Position numbers and translations under genes: made by a program. DNA of 64,000 bases from Actinomycetota bacterium (lineage in GTDB: Bacteria > Actinomycetota > Thermoleophilia > Gaiellales > Gaiellaceae), in the NCBI GenBank assembly GCA_005883995.1, contig VAXB01000015.1:69-64068 (forward strand), given 5' to 3'. The notes below the pieces were generated by a model, which was not told the origin of the DNA, made no database searches, and saw only the letters and a list, made by a program, of their open reading frames with translations. The number at the start of each line of letters is the position of its first letter. The first letter of the stretch is position 1. Of the stretch, positions 9,203 through 18,660 are shown in pieces.

Positions 9203-9889
9203 ATGGCTGTAGTCGCAGAACGGCCGGTCGCACCCGCTCTCTATGCAACGGCCGTGGCCGATCCGGCGCCCCTAGGGCTCGCCGCGTTCGCGCTGACGAC
9301 GTTTCTGCTGAGTGGGCACAACGCGTCGTTCATCCCCGACGTCGTCTGGCTCGGGGCCGCGCTCTTCTACGGTGGCCTGGCCCAGCTGCTCGCGGGTATG
9401 TGGGAGTTCCGGAACCGCAACGTCTTCGGGGCGACGGCGTTCTCAACCTACGGCGGGTTCTGGCTCGCCCTGGGAACGTTCGTCATCCTGGCCGAGACGA
9501 CGAAGCTCGGTGCGGGGTTGCACGGGACGGACGTCCCGAACGGGCTCGCGTGGTTCGTGATGGGGTTCGCGTTTTTCAACCTCTACATGCTCCTCTGGAG
9601 CCTGCGGATCAACGTCGCGACCTTCTTGGTCTTCCTGACGCTGCAGATCACGGAGGTTCTGCTCGTGATCGGCTTCTTCCACCAGGCCCATGGTGGATCG
9701 GCGTGGATGGTGCACGCCGGCGGGTGGGCCGGGATCGTCACGGCGGCAGTCGCCTGGTACACCTCGGCGGCCGGCGTCGTGAACGGGATGTCTCCCGCAC
9801 CGGTGCTTCCGGTAGGCAAGCCTCTGTGGGGCCGGTTGCCGATGCTCTCTAGGCTCGGCTCCCCGATGCCGCGACAAACGGAGGTATAG
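9203..9889 (+). CDS. GPR1/FUN34/YaaH-family acetate (succinate-acetate) channel
   Basis: DPAPLGLAAFALTTFLLS and YGGFW motifs with about 6 TM helices. It lies directly upstream of acs. Confidence 0.8.
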   Translation: MAVVAERPVAPALYATAVADPAPLGLAAFALTTFLLSGHNASFIPDVVWLGAALFYGGLAQLLAGMWEFRNRNVFGATAFSTYGGFWLALGTFVILAETTKLGAGLHGTDVPNGLAWFVMGFAFFNLYMLLWSLRINVATFLVFLTLQITEVLLVIGFFHQAHGGSAWMVHAGGWAGIVTAAVAWYTSAAGVVNGMSPAPVLPVGKPLWGRLPMLSRLGSPMPRQTEV

Positions 9890-9892
9890 ACG

Positions 9893-11857
9893 GTGGCGAC
9901 CGAGACGCAGCACGCGATCAACACGATGCTCCTCGAGGAGCGGCGGTATCCGCCGTCCGACGATTTCGCCCGCCAGGCGAACGCGAAGGCGGACATCTAC
10001 GACCGTGACTGGCAGGAGCTGTGGGAGACGGAGGGTCGTGAGCGGGTCACGTGGTTCGAGCCGTTCTCGACCGTTTGCGAGTGGGAGCCGCCCTACGCGA
10101 AGTGGTACGTCGGCGGGAAGCTGAACGTCTGCTTCAACTGCGTCGACCGACACGTCGACGCCGGGCTCGGCGACAAGGTCGCGTACCACTGGGAAGGCGA
10201 GCCCGAGGGCGACCGCCGAGACCTGACCTACGCCGACCTGCAGCGTGAGGTCACCCGCTTCGCGAACGTGCTCAAGGAGGTCGGCGTCCGAAAGGGCACG
10301 CCGGTCGCCATCTACATGGGCATGGTTCCCGAGCTCCCGATCGCGATGCTCGCGTGCACGCGTCTCGGTGCGCCGCACACCGTCATTTTCGGCGGGTTCT
10401 CCGCCGACTCGCTCTCCGGGCGGATGAACGACATGGAGTGCGAGGTTCTGATCACGCAGGACGAGGCCTGGCGGCGCGGCACGACCGTCGCGCTCAAGCG
10501 CACCGCCGACGAGGCGATGGATGCCGCGCCGGGGGTGAAGCGGTGCCTCGTCGTGCGGCGCACCGGCAACGACGCGCCGATGCGCGAAGGGCGCGACGCC
10601 TGGTACCACGACCTGGCTGCCAACGCGTCGGATGACCCGCAGACGTGCCCGTGCGAGCCGATGGACGCCGAGGACCTCCTCTTCCTGATGTACACGAGCG
10701 GGACGACCGCGAAGCCGAAGGGGATCGTCCATACGACCGCCGGGTACCTCGTCGGCACGTCGTCGACGCACCGCTACATCTTCGACATCAAGCCGGAGTC
10801 GATCTACTGGTGCGCGGCCGACATCGGCTGGATCACCGGCCACAGCTACATCGTCTACGGGCCGCTCTGCAACGCGACCACGTCGGTCCTCTACGAAGGC
10901 ACGCCGGACTTCCCGGACAAGGATCGCTGGTGGTCGATCATCGAGCGGTACAAGGTCGACATCCTGTACACGGCTCCGACCGCGATCCGCTCGCACATGA
11001 AGTGGGGCCCGGAGTACGCGCAGAAGCACGACCTGTCGTCGCTTCGGCTGCTCGGCTCCGTCGGGGAGCCGATCAACCCCGAGGCGTGGATCTGGTACCG
11101 CGAGCACATCGGTGGCGACCGCACGCCCATCGTCGACACGTGGTGGCAGACCGAGACCGGGATGATCCTGATCACGCCCCTACCCGGCGTGACGACGACG
11201 AAGCCCGGCTCGGCGACGAAGCCGTTCCCGGGCGTCCTTGCGGCCGTGTACGACGAACAGGGTCAAGACGTCGGTCCCGGTGGTGGCGGCTATCTCGTGT
11301 TGAAGCGTCCGTGGCCCGCGATGCTGCGCGGGATCTACAAGGACGACGAGCGCTACCGCTCGACGTACTGGTCGAAGTACGACGACGTCTACTTCGCGGG
11401 CGACGGCGCGCGGATCGACGAGGACGGAGACTTCTGGCTGCTCGGGCGAGTCGACGACGTGATGAACGTCTCCGGACACCGCATCTCGACGATCGAGGTC
11501 GAGTCCGCCCTCGTCGACCACCACGACGTCGCGGAGGCCGCCGTCTGTTCGCGCAAGGATGCGACAACCGGCGAGGCGATCGTCGCGTACGTCACGCTCA
11601 AGGGCGGGAACGAGGGCTCGGTCGAGAAGCTCGACGAGCTGCGCAACCACGTCGGCAAGAAGATCGGACCGATCGCGAAGCCCGCGAACATCGTCTTTAC
11701 GCCCGAGCTACCGAAAACCCGCAGCGGAAAGATCATGCGGCGCCTCCTGCGTGACGTGGCCGAGAACCGCACGCTCGGCGACACGACCACGCTCGCGGAT
11801 CCGACCGTCGTCGATGAGATCAAGGAACGGGCGACGAGCGAGAAGACCGAGGACTAG
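9893..11857 (+). CDS. acs: Acetyl-CoA synthetase (AMP-forming)
   Basis: 654 aa. YTSGTTAKPKG AMP-binding motif, WWQTETG, and C-terminal LPKTRSGKIMRRLLR. Confidence 0.95.
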   Translation: MATETQHAINTMLLEERRYPPSDDFARQANAKADIYDRDWQELWETEGRERVTWFEPFSTVCEWEPPYAKWYVGGKLNVCFNCVDRHVDAGLGDKVAYHWEGEPEGDRRDLTYADLQREVTRFANVLKEVGVRKGTPVAIYMGMVPELPIAMLACTRLGAPHTVIFGGFSADSLSGRMNDMECEVLITQDEAWRRGTTVALKRTADEAMDAAPGVKRCLVVRRTGNDAPMREGRDAWYHDLAANASDDPQTCPCEPMDAEDLLFLMYTSGTTAKPKGIVHTTAGYLVGTSSTHRYIFDIKPESIYWCAADIGWITGHSYIVYGPLCNATTSVLYEGTPDFPDKDRWWSIIERYKVDILYTAPTAIRSHMKWGPEYAQKHDLSSLRLLGSVGEPINPEAWIWYREHIGGDRTPIVDTWWQTETGMILITPLPGVTTTKPGSATKPFPGVLAAVYDEQGQDVGPGGGGYLVLKRPWPAMLRGIYKDDERYRSTYWSKYDDVYFAGDGARIDEDGDFWLLGRVDDVMNVSGHRISTIEVESALVDHHDVAEAAVCSRKDATTGEAIVAYVTLKGGNEGSVEKLDELRNHVGKKIGPIAKPANIVFTPELPKTRSGKIMRRLLRDVAENRTLGDTTTLADPTVVDEIKERATSEKTED

Positions 11858-11866
11858 CAGCGCGAC

Positions 11867-11980
11867 GAGTGCCAGACCCTTTCTTTTGGGTCTGGCACTT
11901 CTCGCGCGTGGCCCCTCCGCGCGTGCCGGTGGTGCGTGGCGTCAAAGGTGTCAGACCCGAAGAAGAGGGTCTGACACTCG
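11867..11980. repeat. Composite palindromic intergenic repeat, one unit
   Basis: GTGCCAGACCC-TTTCTTTT-GGGTCTGGCAC on the left and GTCAGACCC-GAAGAAGA-GGGTCTGAC on the right. It sits between convergent genes. Confidence 0.75.
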
Positions 11981-13594
11981 GCTCGGCCCTAGAGCTTGCT
12001 CGCGCAGGCCCTGACGGCCCGCACCATGGAGCGCTTCATCCGCGGCGGGATCCGGCCGTGCTGTAGGCCGATCTCCTGGAAGTCGCGCGTCGAGACGTCG
12101 TTGCTCAGTCGGTCGAGCGTGCACGCGCAGTAGTCGCGCTTCTTGCCCGCCGCGCCGGCGGAGCCGACACAGCTCCGCATGTAGCTGGTGACGAGGGTCG
12201 GCGGATAGTGGAAGCGGCCGTGCGTGACGACCTTCGGTCCCATCGTTGCCGTTGTGCTCGTGCTGACGCTGATCGAGATCGCGTTCGTGGAGGTCGTCGT
12301 CGACGTCGAGTGCGCGCTCTTGCCGCCGCCGCAGCCCGCGAGCACGACGAGCACCAGTGCCGACAGCGAGACCCTCACGCGGTCGGTTCAAACCGTTGCT
12401 CTCGATCAGGTCGCGCGCGACGCGCTGGACGTCGTCGGCCGTGACCTTGTCGAGCTCGGCCAGGATCTCTTCGGGGTTCGGCGTCGCTCCCTCGAGCACC
12501 TCGCGGCGCAGGCCGAACATGATCAGCCCCTGCGGGCTCTCGAGCTGCAGCACGAAGCGTCCCTTCGCGAAGGAGCGCGCCTTCTCGAGCTCGGCCGCGG
12601 GAATCGGCTCATCGGCGACCTTTCGCAGCTCGGTCGCGACGGTCGAGACCGCATCGTCGATGCGGTTGATGTCGACCCCGGCCTGCGCGAACAGCGAGCC
12701 GGCGTCGGTGTAGCTGTGGTTGATCCCGAAGACGTAGTACGCGAGGCCGCGCCGCTCGCGCACCTCCGTGAAGAGCCGCGAGGACATCCCGCCGCCGAGG
12801 ATGGTCGCGAGGATCTGGAGCGGGTAACGGTCGGGATGGTCGAGCGGGTAGCTGTGGACGCCGAGGCAGATGTGCGCCTGGTCGGACTGCTTCGTGTGCA
12901 GCTTGACGCGCGGCGTGCCGTTCGTGCCGACGTCGATCGAGGTCGGCTCCCCGGTCTGCGCCTCCGGCAGGTCGCCGAGAAGCGCGGCGATTCGATCGTG
13001 GAGGTCGTCGCCCAGGTTCCCGCCGATGCCGACGACCATTCGATTCGGCTTGTACCAGGCGTCGAGGTACGAACGGAATGTCTCGTGCTTCGCGCCGCGA
13101 ACCGTCTCTTTGCGGCCGATGATGTCCCAACCGAGCGGCTGGTCGCCGTACAGGAGCTCTTCGTACACGCCGCCGATGAAGTCGCGCGGCGTGTCGAAAT
13201 ACATGTTCATCTCCTCGATGATCACGCCCTTCTCCCGCTCGATCTCCCCCTCGGCGAACGTCGAGTTACGGAGCATGTCGACGAGGACGTCGAGCGCGAC
13301 GTCGCGCGACTCGGCGGCGCACTTGACGTAGTACCCCGTGTACTCCTTGCCCGTGAACGCGTTGAACTCGCCGCCGATCGCGTCGATCTCCATCGAGATG
13401 TCGCGCGCCGTCGGCCGCTTCTCGGTGCCCTTGAAGAACATGTGCTCGGCGAAGTGCGCGATGCCGTTCGTCTCCGGCGTCTCGTAGCGCGAGCCTGCCG
13501 CGAGCATGATCGCGCAGGTCACCGACTGGGCCGACTCGATCGGCGCGGTCAGGATCCGGACGCCGTTGTCGAGCCGCTCGAGGTGGTAGCTCAC
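11951..13594 (-). CDS. M16-family zinc metallopeptidase (insulinase-like); family-like sequence ends near 12386 but there is no stop until 11951
   Basis: HFAEH (HxxEH) zinc motif. The first ~403 aa look like a complete M16 protein. The last 144 codons are Arg-rich, have low GC3 and overlap the lipoprotein gene out of frame. Confidence 0.7.
   Translation of the reverse strand: MSYHLERLDNGVRILTAPIESAQSVTCAIMLAAGSRYETPETNGIAHFAEHMFFKGTEKRPTARDISMEIDAIGGEFNAFTGKEYTGYYVKCAAESRDVALDVLVDMLRNSTFAEGEIEREKGVIIEEMNMYFDTPRDFIGGVYEELLYGDQPLGWDIIGRKETVRGAKHETFRSYLDAWYKPNRMVVGIGGNLGDDLHDRIAALLGDLPEAQTGEPTSIDVGTNGTPRVKLHTKQSDQAHICLGVHSYPLDHPDRYPLQILATILGGGMSSRLFTEVRERRGLAYYVFGINHSYTDAGSLFAQAGVDINRIDDAVSTVATELRKVADEPIPAAELEKARSFAKGRFVLQLESPQGLIMFGLRREVLEGATPNPEEILAELDKVTADDVQRVARDLIESNGLNRPREGLAVGTGARRARGLRRRQERALDVDDDLHERDLDQRQHEHNGNDGTEGRHARPLPLSADPRHQLHAELCRLRRRGGQEARLLRVHARPTEQRRLDARLPGDRPTARPDPAADEALHGAGRQGLREQALGPSRVSDPLLRV
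11989..12378 (-). CDS. Lipoprotein of unknown function
   Basis: Signal peptide with lipobox (LVLVVLAGCGG), a Ser/Thr-rich linker and a Cys-containing C-terminal domain. GC3 is very high, unlike the overlapping frame. Confidence 0.6.
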   Translation of the reverse strand: MRVSLSALVLVVLAGCGGGKSAHSTSTTTSTNAISISVSTSTTATMGPKVVTHGRFHYPPTLVTSYMRSCVGSAGAAGKKRDYCACTLDRLSNDVSTRDFQEIGLQHGRIPPRMKRSMVRAVRACASKL

Positions 13595-13604
13595 GCAGGC
13601 GATG

Positions 13605-13925
13605 CTAGCTAGGCCGATCCTCCCGCCGGTAGACGAAGCGCACGGCTTGCCACTCGCCGTCGACTGCGGCGCTCTTGTTGTCGACGAGCCCGGCCTCCAG
13701 GCCGACCCGCTGAACGGTGGCGAAGTCGAGGTCGGTTTCGATCTTCGCCGCTTTCTTCGGCCACGCGATCCAGAGCCCGTCCGCCGGCGCGAGCGTGCGT
13801 TTCAGCGCCTCGAATCGCCGTTGCAGCTCCGTGCGGCTCGTCGTGAAGAGGACGACGACCTCGGTCCCGGGCTTCGCGCCGAGTTTTTTCGCCAGCGGCG
13901 TGGTCGAGTAGTCGCGCTCAGGCAC
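13605..13925 (-). CDS. DUF3052-like small protein
   Basis: GTG at 13925 gives VPERDYSTTPLAKKLGAKPG..LWIAWPKK..GLVDNK, the pattern I associate with DUF3052. The start overlaps the upstream stop. The longer ORF to 14378 is antisense noise. Confidence 0.6.
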   Translation of the reverse strand: MPERDYSTTPLAKKLGAKPGTEVVVLFTTSRTELQRRFEALKRTLAPADGLWIAWPKKAAKIETDLDFATVQRVGLEAGLVDNKSAAVDGEWQAVRFVYRREDRPS

Positions 13926-14883
13926 TCGCGAGGAGCTCGCGCTCGCGCTCGGGTGCGAGCCCGACGCCTTCGGCGCGCGGCGTCTCGCGCGCGCGGTCCC
14001 ATTCGAGCGTCGCGCGCACCGTTTCCTCGAGCGGCCGGAAGGTGAGGCCGGCGTCGACGGCCTTCGCGACGCTAGCCCGCTGCATCGCGGCGAACTCGGG
14101 CGCCGCGATCCAGAGCGGCAGCTCCATCCACTCACCGACGCCAGCCTCGACGAGCCGGTCGCTCGGCACCCACACGATCTCGGCATTCGAGCCGGCAACC
14201 CGGCTGCAGGTCTCGAGTAGCCGCTCGAACGTCGACGGCTCGCCGGTCGCGTTGTAGACGCCGCTCGATTCCGACTCGGTTGCGTGCACGATCCACTCCG
14301 CGAGATCGCGGACATCGATGAACTGCACCGGCGCATCCGGCGGCGCGGGCGCAAGCACCCGGCCGCCCTCGGCGACACGGCGCGGCCAGTACGTGAACCG
14401 GTCGGTCGGGTCGTGCGGGCCGACGATCAGGCCGGGACGCACGATCAGCGCACGGCCGGCGTATGCCGCCTCGACGATCCGCTCGCAGGCGGCCTTGAGC
14501 GCGCCGTAGTCCTCGAGGCTCTCGCTGTTCGGATCCTCGAGCTCGGCGACGCGGTTTCCCTCGAGCGGCGCGACGCTCAGGTCGCCGTACACGGAGACGC
14601 TCGACACGTAGACGTACCGTTCGACACGTCCGCGCAGTGCATCGACGGACAAACGCACGACGCGCGGGATGAACGTCGCGACGTCGACTACGGCGTCCCA
14701 CTCCCGTCCGGCGAGGGCGTCCAGGCTCTCTGTCCGATCGCCGCGGATCTGCTCGACGTCGGGAAACAGGCCGGGATTGGTCTGGCCGCGATTGAACAGC
14801 GTCAGCTCGTGGTCGCGCGCGAGCGCAGCCTCGACGATCGCGCGCCCGACGAACTTCGTGCCGCCGAGGACGAGCAGCCGCAT
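13918..14883 (-). CDS. NAD-dependent epimerase/dehydratase (extended SDR) family protein
   Basis: N-terminal Rossmann motif MRLLVLGGTKFVGRA. 321 aa. ATGA overlap with the upstream gene. Confidence 0.8.
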   Translation of the reverse strand: MRLLVLGGTKFVGRAIVEAALARDHELTLFNRGQTNPGLFPDVEQIRGDRTESLDALAGREWDAVVDVATFIPRVVRLSVDALRGRVERYVYVSSVSVYGDLSVAPLEGNRVAELEDPNSESLEDYGALKAACERIVEAAYAGRALIVRPGLIVGPHDPTDRFTYWPRRVAEGGRVLAPAPPDAPVQFIDVRDLAEWIVHATESESSGVYNATGEPSTFERLLETCSRVAGSNAEIVWVPSDRLVEAGVGEWMELPLWIAAPEFAAMQRASVAKAVDAGLTFRPLEETVRATLEWDRARETPRAEGVGLAPERERELLASA

Positions 14884-16172
14884 CAGAACCGCCCGAGCGC
14901 GCGGAAGACGGCGTCGGCGCCGAACTCGACGGCAGCGGCGGGAATTCGTTCGTCCGCCGCATGGACGAGCCGAAGGAACTTGAAGTCCGCCGGGAGCCGC
15001 ATCGGCAGGAAACCGTAGGTCTGGATCCCGAGCGGTGCGAAGAAGCGGGCATCGGTCACGCCGGCCTGTAGCAGCGGGATCGGAATCCCCTCCGGATCGA
15101 GCTCGCGCAACACGTCGGCGAGGGTGTCGAAGAGGCCGAGATCGGGCTCCGGCGGCCCAGGATCGTGGCGGATGAGCTCGATCTCGACGTCGTCGCCGAC
15201 GGCGGAGCGCACCTCGTCGATCAGCTCCTCGGGGGTTACGCCGGGAAGCGCCCGGCCGTCGAGCTCGAGCTCGATCTCCGCCGGGACGACGTTGATCTTG
15301 TTTCCGGCGCGGACAATCGTCGCGTTGACGGTGTTCCGCAACAGCGGCTCGATCGAGCTTCGCTGGTCCCCGAGCAGCGGGAGAATGCGTTCCGTCAGCC
15401 GCGGCTTCAGGACGGCCCGCATGACGTCTGCCTGCGGCCGTGGCAGCGCCGCCGCCATCCCCTCGAGCATCGCGCGCGCCGCCGGCGTCACGTGAACCGG
15501 AAGCCGTTTCCGGTCGAGGTCCCGGAGCAGGCGCCCGAGGCGGGCCATCGTGCCGCCGCGCTGGATCATCGCGCCGTGGCCGCCGGCGCCGCGAATCGTC
15601 GCACGAAGCCAGCAGATCTGCTTCTCGGCGATCTGGATCGGATAGAAGCGGCGCCCGCCGAGCTCCTGCGAGAAGCCGCCGAACTCGCCGAGTGCGTACC
15701 GCACGCCGTCGAACAGTTCCGGGTGTGCCTCGGCGAGGAAGCGCGCGCCGTAATCGCCGCCGTTCTCCTCGTCGGCGAGCACGGCCAGGATGACGTCGCC
15801 GGGAAGCTCAACCTGCTCGCGCGCGGCCCGCAGGAACGCATGGACGAGCATCGACACGCCGCTCTTCATGTCGAGCGCGCCGCGCCCCCACACGTAGCCG
15901 TCGACAAGATCGCCGGAGAACGGCGGGCGCGTCCACTGCTGTCCGGCCGTCGTAACGACATCGACGTGACCCTGCAGGAGCAGCGGAGGCTTCGAGCCGC
16001 CGGGCAGTCGCGCCACGAGGTTGGGGCGCTCCGGTGTTTTCGCATAGACGGCGCTGTCGACTCCGACGTCCGCGAGCAGCGAGCGGACGAAGTCGATGCA
16101 CGCCGCTTCGTTGCCCGGCGGGTTCGTCGTGTCGAAGCGGATCAGCTGCTGTAGCAGCTCGGCCGCTGTCAC
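14883..16172 (-). CDS. M20-family metallopeptidase (ArgE/DapE/CPG2-like)
   Basis: GTG at 16172 (GTGA overlap with the upstream stop). Motifs LLLQGHVDVV, GRGALDMK and DEENGG. Confidence 0.85.
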   Translation of the reverse strand: MTAAELLQQLIRFDTTNPPGNEAACIDFVRSLLADVGVDSAVYAKTPERPNLVARLPGGSKPPLLLQGHVDVVTTAGQQWTRPPFSGDLVDGYVWGRGALDMKSGVSMLVHAFLRAAREQVELPGDVILAVLADEENGGDYGARFLAEAHPELFDGVRYALGEFGGFSQELGGRRFYPIQIAEKQICWLRATIRGAGGHGAMIQRGGTMARLGRLLRDLDRKRLPVHVTPAARAMLEGMAAALPRPQADVMRAVLKPRLTERILPLLGDQRSSIEPLLRNTVNATIVRAGNKINVVPAEIELELDGRALPGVTPEELIDEVRSAVGDDVEIELIRHDPGPPEPDLGLFDTLADVLRELDPEGIPIPLLQAGVTDARFFAPLGIQTYGFLPMRLPADFKFLRLVHAADERIPAAAVEFGADAVFRALGRF

Positions 16173-17263
16173 AGCGCGCGAATCGCCTTCAGCAGCCCGT
16201 CCACCTCGTCTTCGGTGTTGTAGTGGACGATGCCCGCGCGGACCGCGCCGGCGTCGCCGAGGCCGAGCCGGTTCATCACCTCGAGCGCGTAGTAGTTCCC
16301 CTGCCACACCGCGTACCCCGCGTCGCCGAGCCGCGCGGCCGCGGCGCGCGTCGGGATCCCGTCGACGTTGAACGCGAACGTCGCGACGCGCCCTTCCATC
16401 GTCGGGAGCCCGTACAGCGTGACGTTCTCCGGCAGGCCGCGCAGGAAGCGCTCCCCGAGTTCCCGTTCGTACGCGCGGATCGCGTCCCATCCGGTCGACT
16501 CGACGTACTCGACTGCGGCGACGAAGCCGGCAAGGAGCTCGTGCGGCAGCGTCCCCGTCTCGAATCGGTGCCCCAGCGGCTCGTCCGATGCCGGCCGCAC
16601 CTTGTACGGCCGCCACGACTCGAGCAGCTCACGACGCCCGTACGCAAGCCCTAAGTGCGGCCCGAAGTACTTGTACGGCGAGCAGATCAGGACGTCCACG
16701 TCCCAGTCGCGCACGTCGATCGGCCCGTGCGGTCCGTAGTGCACCGCGTCCGCCCAGGCGAGCGCGCCCGCATCGTGCGCAAGCTCGACGATGCGACGCA
16801 CGTCCGACACCGTGCCGACGGCGTTGGACGCGACGGGGAAGGACACGACGCGCGTTCGATCGGAGAGCAGCCGCTCGAGGTCGTCGAGGTCGAGCGTCGT
16901 GTCGTCGTGGATGTCGACGAATCTCACGGTCAGATCCTTGTCGTGGGCGAGCTCGAGCCACGGCGATACGTTCGCGTCGTGGTCGAGCTTCGTGACGATG
17001 ATCTCGTCGCCGGCATCCCAGGTGCGTCCGGCGGTGCGCGTCAGCGCGAAGGCGAGTGTCGTCATGTTCGCGCCGAAGATCGTCTCCTCAGGCGAGCAGC
17101 GCAGGAAGTCGGCGGCCGTCGTGCGCGCCTTGTCGACGAGCACCTCGGTGCGACGGCTCGTCGCGTATGGCCCGCTGACGTTCGCGTTCGACTCCCGGTA
17201 GTAGGCGGAGACGGCGTCGATCACCTCGTCGACCGCCTCGACGTCGAACGTCACCGTTGACAT
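16169..17263 (-). CDS. Class V aminotransferase / cysteine desulfurase-like PLP enzyme
   Basis: FGANMTTLAF, LDHDANV and CSPYKYFGPH (PLP lysine) motifs. Start chosen at ATG 17263. The N-terminus looks short for the family. Confidence 0.75.
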   Translation of the reverse strand: MSTVTFDVEAVDEVIDAVSAYYRESNANVSGPYATSRRTEVLVDKARTTAADFLRCSPEETIFGANMTTLAFALTRTAGRTWDAGDEIIVTKLDHDANVSPWLELAHDKDLTVRFVDIHDDTTLDLDDLERLLSDRTRVVSFPVASNAVGTVSDVRRIVELAHDAGALAWADAVHYGPHGPIDVRDWDVDVLICSPYKYFGPHLGLAYGRRELLESWRPYKVRPASDEPLGHRFETGTLPHELLAGFVAAVEYVESTGWDAIRAYERELGERFLRGLPENVTLYGLPTMEGRVATFAFNVDGIPTRAAAARLGDAGYAVWQGNYYALEVMNRLGLGDAGAVRAGIVHYNTEDEVDGLLKAIRAL

Positions 17264-17289
17264 CGGCGACACGCTACTACGATTCATCT

Positions 17290-17577
17290 GTGAGCCCGGC
17301 CACCAAAGAGCGGGTCGACCGCGGCACCGGCTCCGGCATCGGCGCGCCGTGGAACGTGGTCGTCCTGAACGACAACCACAACACCTTCGAGGGTGTGGCG
17401 TTCGCGATCGCGTCGACGATCCCGGGCGTCTCGTACGAGCGCGGAATGGCCCTGGCGACGCGGATCCACAACGCCGGCCGCGCGATCGTGTGGTCCGGTC
17501 ACAAGGAGGCAGCCGAGCTGTACTGGGATCAGCTGAACGGCCACGGGCTGACGATGGCGCCGCTCGAACGCACATAG
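17290..17577 (+). CDS. clpS: ATP-dependent Clp protease adaptor ClpS
   Basis: WNVVVLNDNHNTFEGV core motif. Start GTG 17290, or TTG 17257. Confidence 0.85.
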   Translation: MSPATKERVDRGTGSGIGAPWNVVVLNDNHNTFEGVAFAIASTIPGVSYERGMALATRIHNAGRAIVWSGHKEAAELYWDQLNGHGLTMAPLERT

Positions 17578-17594
17578 CGGTCTAAGGTCAGGCG

Positions 17595-18660
17595 ATGCCG
17601 AGCTCGCTGCCGCTGCTCGTCGTGGTGTTCGTCGCGGCGGCGGCAGGCGTCTGGGTCGCCGGCATCTGGCTCTCGCGCACGACGGACGTCCTCTCGCACC
17701 GGCTCCACCTCGGCGAGGCGCTTGCGGGCTCGATCCTGCTGGCGTTCACGACGAACCTTCCAGAGGTCGCGATCACGGCGAGCGCGGCGCTCGCGCACCA
17801 TCTCGGGATCGCGATCGGGAACATCCTCGGCGGGATCGCGATCCAGACGGTGGTGCTCGCGGTCCTCGACGTGTGGGGCCTCGGCCGCGCCGATCCGTTG
17901 ACGTACATGGCGGCGTCCCTGCAGCTCGTCCTCGAGGGCGCGCTCGTGATCGCCGTACTCGTCGTCGCAGTGATGGGAACGCAGCTCTCGTCGCACCTGT
18001 ACTTCGACCGGCTGGAGCCGGCGGCCGTGCTGATCGTGGTGCTGTGGGCCGTCGGACTGTGGCTGATCGGCCGGGCGAGCCGCGGCCTGCCCTGGCAGGA
18101 GCAGGGTGACGCGCCGGGCGGGCAGGACGTCCCGCGGGGAACGCGCGTCAAGATGACGAACAAGGTTGCCGACGAGCGCGGCATCTCGACCATCCGCGCG
18201 GCGCTCATCTTCGGCGCGGCTGCCGCAGTCACGCTCGTCGGCGGCGTCCTGCTCGAGCGGAGCGGCGAAAGGATCGCCGGGCACATCGGCATGACCGGCG
18301 TGCTCTTCGGCGCGACCGTCCTCGCCGCGGCGACGTCGCTGCCCGAGCTCTCCACCGGGCTCGCGTCGATTCGGATGCGGGACTACCAGCTCGCGGTCAG
18401 CGACATCTTCGGCGGCAACGCCTTCCTGCCGGTGCTGTTCTTCGTCGCTGCGCTGCTGTCCGGCAGCGCGGTTCTCCCGGCTGCGCATAGGACCGACATC
18501 TACCTGACGGCGCTCGGCGCGCTGCTCACGGTGGTTGGTCTACATCTTCGGGCTGATCTTCCGGCCGCGCCGCCAGATCCTCGCGCTCGGCATCGACTCG
18601 GCGATCGTGGTTGCGCTCTATGCGCTCGGCGTCGTCGGCCTCATCTACGTCAATCGCTGA
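17595..18660 (+). pseudogene. CaCA-family (Na+/Ca2+ exchanger-like) membrane protein with frameshift ~18535
   Basis: Two alpha-repeats (GSILLAFTTNLPE and GATVLAAATSLPE). After ..TALGALLTVV the annotated frame turns Arg/Pro-rich. The +1 frame reads VYIFGLIFRPRRQILALGIDSAIVVALYALGVVGLIYVNR and stops at 18660. Confidence 0.7.

Noticed and set aside
13605-14378. 257-aa ORF, and the N-terminal extensions of ORFs 14883-16616 and 16169-17575
   Set aside because: The upstream parts are Arg/Ser/Pro-rich and overlap the preceding genes. Conserved sequence begins at internal GTG/ATG codons that form 4-nt overlaps with the upstream stops (13925, 16172), or at 17263.
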